Source: a virus (Duplodnaviria > Caudoviricetes). Taken from it: a DNA stretch of 64,000 bases. The stretch's first letter is position 1. Each line of letters starts with the position of its first letter. Where the stretch lies: the IMG/VR virus record IMGVR_UViG_3300035182_001152. One strand, 5' to 3'. Below are positions 8,355-17,043 of this stretch, one piece after another. The notes below the pieces were generated by a model. That model worked only from the letters and a program-made list of their open reading frames with translations, was not told where the DNA came from and did not search any database. Position numbers and translations under genes: made by a program.

Positions 8355-10304
8355 ATGAGTATCGATACCGACGACATCTTTGGCGACTACCAAAGCCGGT
8401 TCTCAGAGAAACAAGGAACCGAAATGAGCCTGTTCGAGTACCTCGAACTGTGCAAGCGAGAACCAAAGGTGTACGCGACAGCTCCCCAGCGCATGCTGGA
8501 AGCAATCGGTGAACCTGTGGAAATCGATACCGCCAAGGACGCTCGTCTCGGCCGTATCTTCATGAACAGCAAGATCCGCTACTACCCGTCGTTCGCAGAG
8601 TTCTACGGAATGGAGAAGGCGATCGACGACACCGTTGCATACTTCAAGCACGCCGCACAAGGCCTGGAAGAACGCAAGCAGATTCTGTACCTGCTGGGCC
8701 CGGTCGGCGGTGGCAAGTCTTCACTGGCAGAACGCGTCAAGTCGCTGTTCGAAACGATTCCGATGTACGTACTGAAGATCAACGGCCAGATCTCGCCGCT
8801 GTTCGAGCACCCGTTCGGCATCTTCGATCCGAACACTGACGGCCCGAAGCTGGAGAAGAAGTTCGGCATCCCCCGTCTCGCACTGAAGACGATCATGTCG
8901 CCGTGGGCGACCAAGCGCCTCAAGGAACTGAACGGCGACATCAGCCAAGTCCGCGTCGTCAAGCTGTACCCCTCAGAACTGAGTCGTCTTGGTATCGCGA
9001 AGGCTGAGCCGGGTGACGATAACAGCCAGGACATCTCGTCTCTGGTCGGCAAGGTCGACATCCGCAAGCTGGAAGACTACAGCCAGGATGACCCGGACGC
9101 GTACAGCTACTCCGGTGCCCTGAACGTCGCCGCTCAAGGTCTGGTCGACTTCGCAGAAATGTTCAAGTCGAACGTCAAGACCCTGAACCCGCTGCTGGAA
9201 GCAACGCAAGGAGGGGCGTACAACCCGACTGAAGGACTTGCTTCGCTGCCATTCCAAGGCATCGTGATGGCTCACAGCAACGAATCAGAATGGGAACAGT
9301 TCCGCAACAACAAGCGCAACGAGGCGTTCCTCGATCGTGTCTATATCGTCAAGGTTCCGTACTGCCTGCGCGTGACCGAAGAAGCCAGCATCTACGACAA
9401 GCTGCTGCGTCATTCGACCCTCGCAAATGCCGTCCGCGCTCCTGGCACTCTGGAGATGATGGCGCAGTTCTCTGTTCTGGCGCGCCTGGTCGAACCTGAA
9501 AACTCGACTCTGTTCGCCAAGATGGAAATCTACGACGGCAAGAATCTGAAGGACAAGGATCCGGCTGCCAAGTCGTACCAAGAGTACCGCGATCTGGCTG
9601 GCGTCAACGAAGGCATGGAAGGTACGTCGACTCGCTTCGCGTTCAAGGTTCTGTCGAAGACTTTCAACTACGACAGCACGGAAGTCGCTGCGAACCCGGT
9701 TCACCTGATGTACGTGCTCGAACAGCAGATCATGAACGAGCGGCTGCCTCAAGCGCTGCAAGAAAAGTACATTGCGTTCATCAAGGGCCTGCTGGCACCG
9801 AAGTACGCAGAGTTCCTGTCGGACGAAATCCAGAAGGCATACCTCGAGTCGTACTCGGAATACGGCCAGAACATCTTCGACCGCTACATCACGTACGCTG
9901 ATGCCTGGATCCAGAACACCGACTACCGCGACTCGGACACGAACGAAATGTTCGACCGCGATGCACTGAACGCTGAACTGGAAAAGATCGAGAAGCCTGC
10001 GAAGATCAGCAATCCGAAGGACTTCCGCAACGAAGTCGTCGGCTTTGTTCTGCGCGCGTCGCGGAACAACGGCGGCAAGAACCCGGCGTGGACGTCGTAC
10101 GAGAAGCTGCGTGCTGTGATCGAGAAGAAGATGTTCTCGAACACCGAGGAGCTGCTGCCGGTGATCAGCTTCAGCAAGAAGGCTACCGCTGAAGAAGAAA
10201 ACAAGCACCACGACTTCGTCAAGCGCATGACGGACAAGGGCTACACTGCCAAGCAGGTTCGCCTGTTGGTCGACTGGTACATGCGGTACAGAAAACATAA
10301 TTGA
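8355..10304 (+). CDS. prkA: PrkA/YeaG family AAA+ ATPase / serine kinase
   Basis: LLGPVGGGKSSL Walker A, FYGME, EMFKS, AHSNESEW, FLDR, VPYCLRV. Confidence 0.95.
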   Translation: MSIDTDDIFGDYQSRFSEKQGTEMSLFEYLELCKREPKVYATAPQRMLEAIGEPVEIDTAKDARLGRIFMNSKIRYYPSFAEFYGMEKAIDDTVAYFKHAAQGLEERKQILYLLGPVGGGKSSLAERVKSLFETIPMYVLKINGQISPLFEHPFGIFDPNTDGPKLEKKFGIPRLALKTIMSPWATKRLKELNGDISQVRVVKLYPSELSRLGIAKAEPGDDNSQDISSLVGKVDIRKLEDYSQDDPDAYSYSGALNVAAQGLVDFAEMFKSNVKTLNPLLEATQGGAYNPTEGLASLPFQGIVMAHSNESEWEQFRNNKRNEAFLDRVYIVKVPYCLRVTEEASIYDKLLRHSTLANAVRAPGTLEMMAQFSVLARLVEPENSTLFAKMEIYDGKNLKDKDPAAKSYQEYRDLAGVNEGMEGTSTRFAFKVLSKTFNYDSTEVAANPVHLMYVLEQQIMNERLPQALQEKYIAFIKGLLAPKYAEFLSDEIQKAYLESYSEYGQNIFDRYITYADAWIQNTDYRDSDTNEMFDRDALNAELEKIEKPAKISNPKDFRNEVVGFVLRASRNNGGKNPAWTSYEKLRAVIEKKMFSNTEELLPVISFSKKATAEEENKHHDFVKRMTDKGYTAKQVRLLVDWYMRYRKHN

Positions 10305-10326
10305 GCTATCGAAAGCATAGCGCATA

Positions 10327-10354
10327 AATAACAGAGCCTACGGGCTCTGTTATT
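10327..10354 (+). terminator. Stable hairpin overlapping a late promoter motif
   Basis: AATAACAGAGCC-TACG-GGCTCTGTTATT: 12-bp stem with a C(UACG)G loop, just downstream of the prkA stop. Confidence 0.65.
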
Positions 10355-10366
10355 GTTTGGACAATT

Positions 10367-10981
10367 ATGAAACAATGCATTGATTGCAAACTAACTAAGG
10401 ATGCTACCGAATACGGTAAACATGCCACCACTGCGGATCGTTTGATGCAGCGCTGCAAGGCGTGTCAAAGCGCTTACAATAAGTGTTACCGTGACATGAA
10501 TCGCGATAGGTTAAATACAGAAGACCGCCGCCGGGCGGCAGAACAAGCGGAACTGCGCGCAGTTCGAACGCGAGAATGGATTAAGGCTAATCCTGAACGT
10601 CGCAAACAAACATTGGAATTAAACTATCAGCGCCATAAGGAAGCAGGAACACTGGATAAGTACTACGGTAAGCGCGACCCTAAGGTAGCTCGTCAGCGTG
10701 CCAAGCAGTGGCGTTTAGATAACCCTGGCAAAGTTGCAGCAACTACCGCAAAAAGGCGCGATGTTGTCAGACGGGCAACCGTTCCGTGGACTGAGTGGGA
10801 AGAAATTGAGAAAGTGTACATTGAGTGTGCGCGTATTAGTGAAGAAACAGGGGTCAAGCATCAAGTTGACCATAAGATACCTCTTGTCAACGCCGAAGTT
10901 TGTGGTCTTCACTGTTTAGCCAATCTTCAAATCATCACAGCTGTTGAAAACAATATCAAGAAGTGCAAATTTGTTGATTAA
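10367..10981 (+). CDS. Free-standing HNH homing endonuclease
   Basis: N-terminal C..C...C..C zinc ribbon; C-terminal VDHKIPL...VCGLHCLANLQIITAVEN..K. Confidence 0.9.
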   Translation: MKQCIDCKLTKDATEYGKHATTADRLMQRCKACQSAYNKCYRDMNRDRLNTEDRRRAAEQAELRAVRTREWIKANPERRKQTLELNYQRHKEAGTLDKYYGKRDPKVARQRAKQWRLDNPGKVAATTAKRRDVVRRATVPWTEWEEIEKVYIECARISEETGVKHQVDHKIPLVNAEVCGLHCLANLQIITAVENNIKKCKFVD

Positions 10982-11036
10982 CCCTTTTGACGCAGGTAAG
11001 ATGAAATTAACAAGCGCTAACGCAGGGAGAAATTGA

Positions 11037-11267
11037 ATGTACGAACAAATTGGAGCGACACAAGCGGTATTGCGCTATATTGATCACTACTCCACGGGTG
11101 AGCAAGAGACCTTCGAGAAATCCATCTTTGATGCCCTTGCTCCCGTATATGGACAACAAGAAATCCAAGCCGCCCTTGATTATTTGTTGGGTGTGAAACA
11201 CATCTACACCACTGCTGCTCCCAATCAACGTGATACTACCTACTACACTCTGAGGGGAGTGATCTAA
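11037..11267 (+). CDS. Hypothetical protein (76 aa)
   Basis: GGAG RBS; coupled to the next gene (TAATG). Confidence 0.65.
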   Translation: MYEQIGATQAVLRYIDHYSTGEQETFEKSIFDALAPVYGQQEIQAALDYLLGVKHIYTTAAPNQRDTTYYTLRGVI

Positions 11268-12595
11268 TGGCTCATGTAATTATCGACCGCCGCAAGAATG
11301 ACAAAGGTAAAAGTTCCGTCAACCGTCGGAAGTTTATCGACCGTGTCAAGGGCATTCTGAAGGACGGCGTCAAGGAGATCGTGCGTGATGGCGGTCTCAA
11401 GGATCTTGCAGCTGGTAAGGGCAAGAAGGTCCGCATTCCTGCTCGGAACCTCGACGAGCCGGATTTTCACCACGACGGTTCCGGCCAAAACGACATCGTT
11501 CGTCCTGGCAACGACCGCTATAAGCCTGGCGACAAGTTCAAGCGCCCTGAGAAGGGCGGTCGAGGCGGTCCTGGCAGCGAGGGATCTCCTGACGGTGAAG
11601 GTGAAGACGGCTTCACCTTCAACCTGACGAAGGAAGAGTTCCTCGACCTGTTCTTCGAGAATTGCGTGCTTCCAGATCTGATCAAGCAGAACCTTGCGGT
11701 AATGTCAGAGGAAGTGATTCAACGCAGTGGATTCACGACGGACGGCGCGCCTGCGCAGCTGAATATCATGCGCTCAATGCGCGGAGCAAAGGGTCGTCGT
11801 GCAGGCTTGCGTGCACTAAAGAACAAGAAGCTGCGTGAGTTGGAGGATCAACGAGACGCACTGGTTGCTGACATTGCGCACCGCACTGCGAACAGCATTG
11901 ATGCCTCGATCGAGAAAGACGCTCTCAAGCGCGTCGAACACGAGATTGAGGTGATCAAACGCCGGATCAAGGCAATTCCATTCCTCGATCCGATCGATCT
12001 GCGGTACAACAACTACACGAAGGTCCAGATCCCGAAGGTCCAAGCAGCAATGATCTGCTTGATGGACGTATCTGGCTCTATGGGTGAGTTCAAGAAGGAG
12101 CTGGCCAAGACGTTCTACCTCCTGTTGTACCTGTTCCTCGAGAAGCAGTACGAGAAGATTTCGATTGAGTACATCACGTACCATTCGAAGGCTCAGGTTG
12201 TTGACGAAGAGACGTTCTACTACGGCACGGAAACGGGCGGTACCGTCACGTCAAATGGCGTCAACCTGGCGTATGAGACGATCATGGAGAAGTACAACCC
12301 GAGCCAGTGGAACATCTATGTCGCCCACTCTTCGGACGGCGACAACTGGGGTCAGGACAACGAGCTTGTCACTGATACGGTTGTCAACAAGCTGCTGCCG
12401 ATCGTTCAGTACTATGCGTACGTGCAGGTAAACTCTGAGTATGAATCTGACTACGCCACTGAGCAGACAGGACACAATTTGTGGAGTGTGTACAAGCCGC
12501 TCAGTGATACGAAACGGAACCTGAGTGCTGCGTTGATCACCAGTCACGAAAACGTGTATCCTGTTTTCGTCAAACTGTTCGAGAGGAAGCCGTGA
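11267..12595 (+). CDS. yeaH: YeaH/YhbH (DUF444) vWA-domain protein
   Basis: IIDRR.N.K.KS.VNR.KF N-terminus, MDVSGSM MIDAS motif, GGTVTS, SDGDNW. Confidence 0.93.
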   Translation: MAHVIIDRRKNDKGKSSVNRRKFIDRVKGILKDGVKEIVRDGGLKDLAAGKGKKVRIPARNLDEPDFHHDGSGQNDIVRPGNDRYKPGDKFKRPEKGGRGGPGSEGSPDGEGEDGFTFNLTKEEFLDLFFENCVLPDLIKQNLAVMSEEVIQRSGFTTDGAPAQLNIMRSMRGAKGRRAGLRALKNKKLRELEDQRDALVADIAHRTANSIDASIEKDALKRVEHEIEVIKRRIKAIPFLDPIDLRYNNYTKVQIPKVQAAMICLMDVSGSMGEFKKELAKTFYLLLYLFLEKQYEKISIEYITYHSKAQVVDEETFYYGTETGGTVTSNGVNLAYETIMEKYNPSQWNIYVAHSSDGDNWGQDNELVTDTVVNKLLPIVQYYAYVQVNSEYESDYATEQTGHNLWSVYKPLSDTKRNLSAALITSHENVYPVFVKLFERKP

Positions 12596-14109
12596 TGACA
12601 GAAGTAACCAAGTTCGAAGCAGGTAAGGACTGGTCGTTTGAAGACATCGACCGAGCGTACGACGAAATCCGCAAGATCGCGGAGGACGAATTCAAGATTT
12701 CGTACTACCCAAACCAGATCGAAATCATCACCAGTGAGCAAATGCTGGATGCGTACTCCGCAGTCGGCATGCCTGTGTACTACTCTCACTGGTCGTTCGG
12801 CAAGCAATTCGTTGCGGAGTCGGACAAGTACAGTCGCGGTCACATGGGCCTCGCCTACGAGATTGTGATCAACAGCAATCCTGGCATCGCCTATCTGATG
12901 GAAGAGAACACGCTGATGATGCAGTGCTTGGTGATGGCGCACGCTTGCTTCGGTCACAATTCGTTCTTCAAGAACAACATCCACTTCAAGCAGTGGACTG
13001 ACGCTGAAGGGATCATCGACTACCTGTCGTACGCTAAGCACTTCATTCGCGAATGCGAAGAAAAGTACGGGGAGCAGGAAGTGGAAAAGGTGCTCGATCA
13101 CGCCCACGCGCTTCGTCATCAAGGGATCGACCGTTACAAGCGGCCGCCGCAGCTGTCGAAGGAAAAGCTGAAGGCGCGAGAGAAGGCTCGGATTGAGCAT
13201 GAGGAATCAACGTTTGACGACATGTGGCGGACGATTCCTACAACCAAGAACGAGGTTGTCAAGCGTAAGCATGAGAAGTTTCCAAAGGAATCTGAAGAGA
13301 ACATCCTGTACTTCATTGAGAAGCATGCTCCGAATCTCGAGCAGTGGAAGCGTGAGATTTTGCGAATCGTCCGCAAGGTCGCGCAGTACTTCTACCCTCA
13401 GATGCTGACGCAGATCATGAACGAGGGCTGGGCTACGTTCACGCACTACAACATTCTTGAGCAGATGTACGAGCGGGGACTGGTTACCGACGGATTCATG
13501 CTGGAGTTCTTCGAGAGCCACTCTGGCGTTGTCAATCAACGGCCGATGGCTGCGATCAACCCGTACGCACTCGGCTGGGCAATGTTCAAGGACATCAAGC
13601 GGATGTGCCTGGAACCGACAGACGAAGACCGTCGCTGGTTCCCTGATCTGTGCGGCAAGGAAGACTGGCTCGCTGAGTGCCAGTACGCTGCGTACAACTT
13701 CAAGGACGAGAGCTTCATCCTGCAATATCTGTCTCCGAAGGTGATCCGTGACTTCCAGCTGTTCTACATGCTGGACGACGACGAGAATCCGAAGATCCAG
13801 GTAGAGGCAATTCAGAATGACGAAGGTTACCGAATCATTCGCGAGAAGCTCGCAGAGCAACAGAACGTCAACAACCGACTGCCGTATATCAATGTGGTAG
13901 ACGTCGATGTTCGCGGCGACCGGAAGATGATTCTGGAGCACACGTCGTTCAAACGTCACCTGCTGGACGAGGATGATACTCGTAGGACCCTGGAGCACGT
14001 TGCTGCTCTGTGGGGGTATGAAGTGGAGATCCGCTCGATGGACCCGAGCGGAGAAATGGTGGAGCGGTACACGTTCGATCCAAACGATACGGACGACTAC
14101 GAGGATTAA
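12592..14109 (+). CDS. spoVR: SpoVR/YcgB family protein
   Basis: GMPVYYSHWSFGK, LAYEIVINSNP, AHACFGHNSFFKNN, TQIMNEGWATF, INPYALG. Confidence 0.95.
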   Translation: MMTEVTKFEAGKDWSFEDIDRAYDEIRKIAEDEFKISYYPNQIEIITSEQMLDAYSAVGMPVYYSHWSFGKQFVAESDKYSRGHMGLAYEIVINSNPGIAYLMEENTLMMQCLVMAHACFGHNSFFKNNIHFKQWTDAEGIIDYLSYAKHFIRECEEKYGEQEVEKVLDHAHALRHQGIDRYKRPPQLSKEKLKAREKARIEHEESTFDDMWRTIPTTKNEVVKRKHEKFPKESEENILYFIEKHAPNLEQWKREILRIVRKVAQYFYPQMLTQIMNEGWATFTHYNILEQMYERGLVTDGFMLEFFESHSGVVNQRPMAAINPYALGWAMFKDIKRMCLEPTDEDRRWFPDLCGKEDWLAECQYAAYNFKDESFILQYLSPKVIRDFQLFYMLDDDENPKIQVEAIQNDEGYRIIREKLAEQQNVNNRLPYINVVDVDVRGDRKMILEHTSFKRHLLDEDDTRRTLEHVAALWGYEVEIRSMDPSGEMVERYTFDPNDTDDYED

Positions 14110-14299
14110 CAGCGCGGAAACATACGGTTTTCTTGTTTCGCAAAATGCGAGCGATAAATAGTCATACACATCCTTCTGGACAGTTAATGACGACTTTTCG
14201 CTCGCATTTTTTCGTTCCTGTCACGCTTTTCTCCCTAGCGGAAATTCTTCCGCAACTCCCACCCCTGCACTCCAAAATCCTACCACAGGAGGTCTACCT

Positions 14300-15094
14300 A
14301 TGTCCCGAAAGCGCGCCGTAAAAGCATTCACCCGCCACTCACAACAGACCGCATACGAACGACAACTAGAACAAGCATTACTGGCAAACGGCCGGGCCCA
14401 GCAGGAAGGCCCAACAAAGCGCAAAACATGGTCTCCTCGCGATCTCAAGCCAATTGAAGCGTTGACGCCACCACAGACGGAGATGATTCACGACTATCTG
14501 AACGGATACAACATCATGGCTGGCGGCAGCGCTGGCACAGGTAAGACGTTTGTCGCAATGTATCTTGCACTAAAAGATGTGTTAGATCCACAGACAGAAG
14601 TGGACAAGATCATTCTTGTTCGCTCTGTTGTTGCAACTCGTGACGTAGGTCACCTTCCAGGTACACTCGAAGAAAAGACACAAATCTACGAACGTCCATA
14701 TAAGGACATCTTGCATGATCTGATGGGCCGTGCAAACACGTACCAGGACATGAAGGATGCCGGCATGATCACGTTTGACACAACGTCGTTCATCCGCGGT
14801 ATGACGTTTGATAATGCTGTGATTGTGGTAGATGAAGGTCAGAATATGACGTTCCACGAAATTAACTCAATCATGACGCGCTTGGGCAATAACTCTCGTG
14901 TGATCTTTGTCGGTGACCTGATTCAAACCGACCTGCGCAAACACCGCAGTGACGTATCAGGCATGGAAGACGCGATGAAAGTTGCTGGTCGCATGAGCCG
15001 CTTCTCAACGGTGACGTTTACCAAGCACGACATCGTCCGCAGCGAGTTTGTCAAGGAATGGATTACCGCCACGGAAGACGAGGGGATCCAATAA
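14300..15094 (+). CDS. phoH: PhoH-like ATPase
   Basis: GSAGTGKT, LPGTLEEK, FIRGMTF, DEGQN, GDLIQTD, DIVRS. Confidence 0.95.
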   Translation: MSRKRAVKAFTRHSQQTAYERQLEQALLANGRAQQEGPTKRKTWSPRDLKPIEALTPPQTEMIHDYLNGYNIMAGGSAGTGKTFVAMYLALKDVLDPQTEVDKIILVRSVVATRDVGHLPGTLEEKTQIYERPYKDILHDLMGRANTYQDMKDAGMITFDTTSFIRGMTFDNAVIVVDEGQNMTFHEINSIMTRLGNNSRVIFVGDLIQTDLRKHRSDVSGMEDAMKVAGRMSRFSTVTFTKHDIVRSEFVKEWITATEDEGIQ

Positions 15095-15109
15095 CCAATC
15101 TTCCTAAGA

Positions 15110-15135
15110 AAAAAGCCGCTGTGAAGCGGCTTTTT
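15110..15135. terminator. Bidirectional intrinsic terminator
   Basis: AAAAAGCCGCT-GTGA-AGCGGCTTTTT between convergent genes. Confidence 0.85.
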
Positions 15136-15430
15136 AGTTTGTGGCGTGTCGAGTTGGAGGCGGTCGACGAAGGATTGAAAACACTTGGTCCAAAATCAGC
15201 TCGTCATCCTGTTGGTGTGCGTTCAACCGCAGCACTTGATTGTCTAGCTTTTCAATCAAAGCAGCTTGTGCCTTATCGGTTGCTTGCAAGTCAACAACCT
15301 CACGTTCTAGAACCGTGATACGGGTTGTAAACAAGCCCCAAGCAACCGTCAGAGAGACGGCCAGGGAAATGATGGTAATCAGGTCTTTCAACTCCAACAC
15401 GTGCGTTGATGGTGCGAGTTTTGTGGCCAT
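15134..15430 (-). CDS. Single-TM coiled-coil membrane protein
   Basis: AAAGGAG RBS, late motif at 15455, hydrophobic N-terminal helix followed by heptad-like repeats. Confidence 0.75.
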   Translation of the reverse strand: MATKLAPSTHVLELKDLITIISLAVSLTVAWGLFTTRITVLEREVVDLQATDKAQAALIEKLDNQVLRLNAHQQDDELILDQVFSILRRPPPTRHATN

Positions 15431-15531
15431 TCTTTGCTCTCCTTTGCTGGTAGATATTTATGGGTCAGACCATTCTTCAGAAGTTTTACCCTTGATCTAT
15501 AAATACCAAACCATCATCATTGGAGCCCACA

Positions 15532-15753
15532 ATGAACATCAGCCAGTCCGCCATCGTTCGTGAAATTCTGCGAGCAATTACACTCGTGATTGTAGGGACA
15601 GCTATTATCACAGCTGTTGCAACTAGTCTCCATCCTGCAGCTCCTCCGTACTACGCGATGATTGCAAGCACGCGCACTGAAACACAGGTTGAGCTCAAAA
15701 AGCAAATGGGAGAGACAGTAAATGTTGCCAACAGCGGAACAGGTTCTAAGTAA
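15532..15753 (+). CDS. Small membrane protein
   Basis: GGAG RBS; one TM segment. Confidence 0.6.
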   Translation: MNISQSAIVREILRAITLVIVGTAIITAVATSLHPAAPPYYAMIASTRTETQVELKKQMGETVNVANSGTGSK

Positions 15754-16075
15754 TCTGCCTCTAGCGATTACGTTGTGGACTGCAGCAACGCTGTGCTGGG
15801 GATTGTATATCCTCACAGCGTATAACAAGATGATGAAGCGTGCGTTACAGTTCGACTGGATCAAAACGCGCACCGATCGTTATCATTCAATGTTTATCAT
15901 GGCAGGAAATGCCGTTTTAGTTGCGTTCCTGATGCTTGAGCCGAGCATGACGCAGTATTCAGATGCGGTAATCGTGACAAACATCTTCTTCGGTACATAT
16001 CTTGCAGCAACTTCCACTGCACTCGTTCGTTGGTGGAAAACTGACAAAACCACCCAAACTCGTCTCTTGTCGTAA
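15722..16075 (+). CDS. Small multi-TM membrane protein
   Basis: Three hydrophobic segments; start uncertain. Confidence 0.6.
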   Translation: MLPTAEQVLSNLPLAITLWTAATLCWGLYILTAYNKMMKRALQFDWIKTRTDRYHSMFIMAGNAVLVAFLMLEPSMTQYSDAVIVTNIFFGTYLAATSTALVRWWKTDKTTQTRLLS

Positions 16076-16123
16076 CCTAACAATTGCTGTAAGGTAGGTG
16101 GGTACCTTCAAAGGATACCCATT

Positions 16124-16864
16124 ATGACTACAAAAGACTCCCTAGGCGATAGGATGAAGGGGTACGAGGCAGTTTCCAAAGACTTCCTCATGAAACGAAC
16201 ACCCGTCATCATTCGCCTTGACGGTAAAGCCTTCCACACTTACGCACGGAACCTCCCCGACACAGGTGTCGTTCCGTTCAGTGAAACAATGCACACCGCA
16301 ATGGTTGCAGCTACCGTGGCAGCCGTCAAAGAAGCGCAGGGATGCGTACTGGGCTACACTCAATCGGACGAAATTACGCTACTACTGCGCGACTACGACA
16401 CGCTTGAAACGCAAGCGTGGTTTGGCTACAATGTTCAAAAGATCGTCTCTGTGATTGCGACAGCCACTGCCAACGCCTTCAACTGCGCGTTTCGCCGGAA
16501 TGAGCTGCGCGCTCCAGAGGATTTTGCGAAGTTTGACGCACGAGCATTCAACATTCCGAAGGAAGAAGCGACAAACAACTTCCTCTGGCGTCAACAGGAT
16601 GCCTCCCGCAACAGTATTCAAATGCTTGGGCACTACCACTTCTCTCAGAAGCAAATGCACGCTAAGAACAACAGCGAAGTGCAGGACATGCTGATGCTGG
16701 AAAAGGGCGTCAACTGGAACGACCTACCAACGTGGATGAAGCGCGGAACGTGCGTCGTCAACGACGGTGATCTACGCTTGGCTGTAGATGAGGAGATTCC
16801 AATCTTCACACAAGATCGAGCATACATAGATCAGCACGTGTATATCGACAAGGTAGCAGCATGA
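16124..16864 (+). CDS. thg1: tRNA(His) guanylyltransferase Thg1-like protein
   Basis: RLDGKAFHT, YTQSDEI, FDARAF, WRQQDA.RNSI, NWNDLP...RG. Confidence 0.93.
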   Translation: MTTKDSLGDRMKGYEAVSKDFLMKRTPVIIRLDGKAFHTYARNLPDTGVVPFSETMHTAMVAATVAAVKEAQGCVLGYTQSDEITLLLRDYDTLETQAWFGYNVQKIVSVIATATANAFNCAFRRNELRAPEDFAKFDARAFNIPKEEATNNFLWRQQDASRNSIQMLGHYHFSQKQMHAKNNSEVQDMLMLEKGVNWNDLPTWMKRGTCVVNDGDLRLAVDEEIPIFTQDRAYIDQHVYIDKVAA

Positions 16865-17043
16865 CATCTGAGCAAACGTACGTATTCGAAGGCGTGGAGG
16901 TTCGCAAAACGGGCCGCCGCGCTCAGAACAAATTGAAGAGTGGTAAGATCGACGAGATTGTTGAAGTAACCCCCGTTGACAACATGGTCGGCAGCTGGAA
17001 GAAATGGACACGAGAAGACATGCTGTTTGAGGTGCAACAATGA
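16861..17043 (+). CDS. Hypothetical protein (60 aa)
   Basis: ATGA overlaps on both ends. Confidence 0.65.
   Translation: MTSEQTYVFEGVEVRKTGRRAQNKLKSGKIDEIVEVTPVDNMVGSWKKWTREDMLFEVQQ

Noticed and set aside
9285-14169. Long antisense ORFs (346, 218 and 320 aa) opposite prkA, yeaH and spoVR
   Set aside because: These are shadow ORFs expected from strong codon bias on the sense strand; they show no motifs or RBS.
14217-14223. Pho box upstream of phoH
   Set aside because: Only one CTGTCAC half-site is present, with no second repeat at 11-bp spacing.
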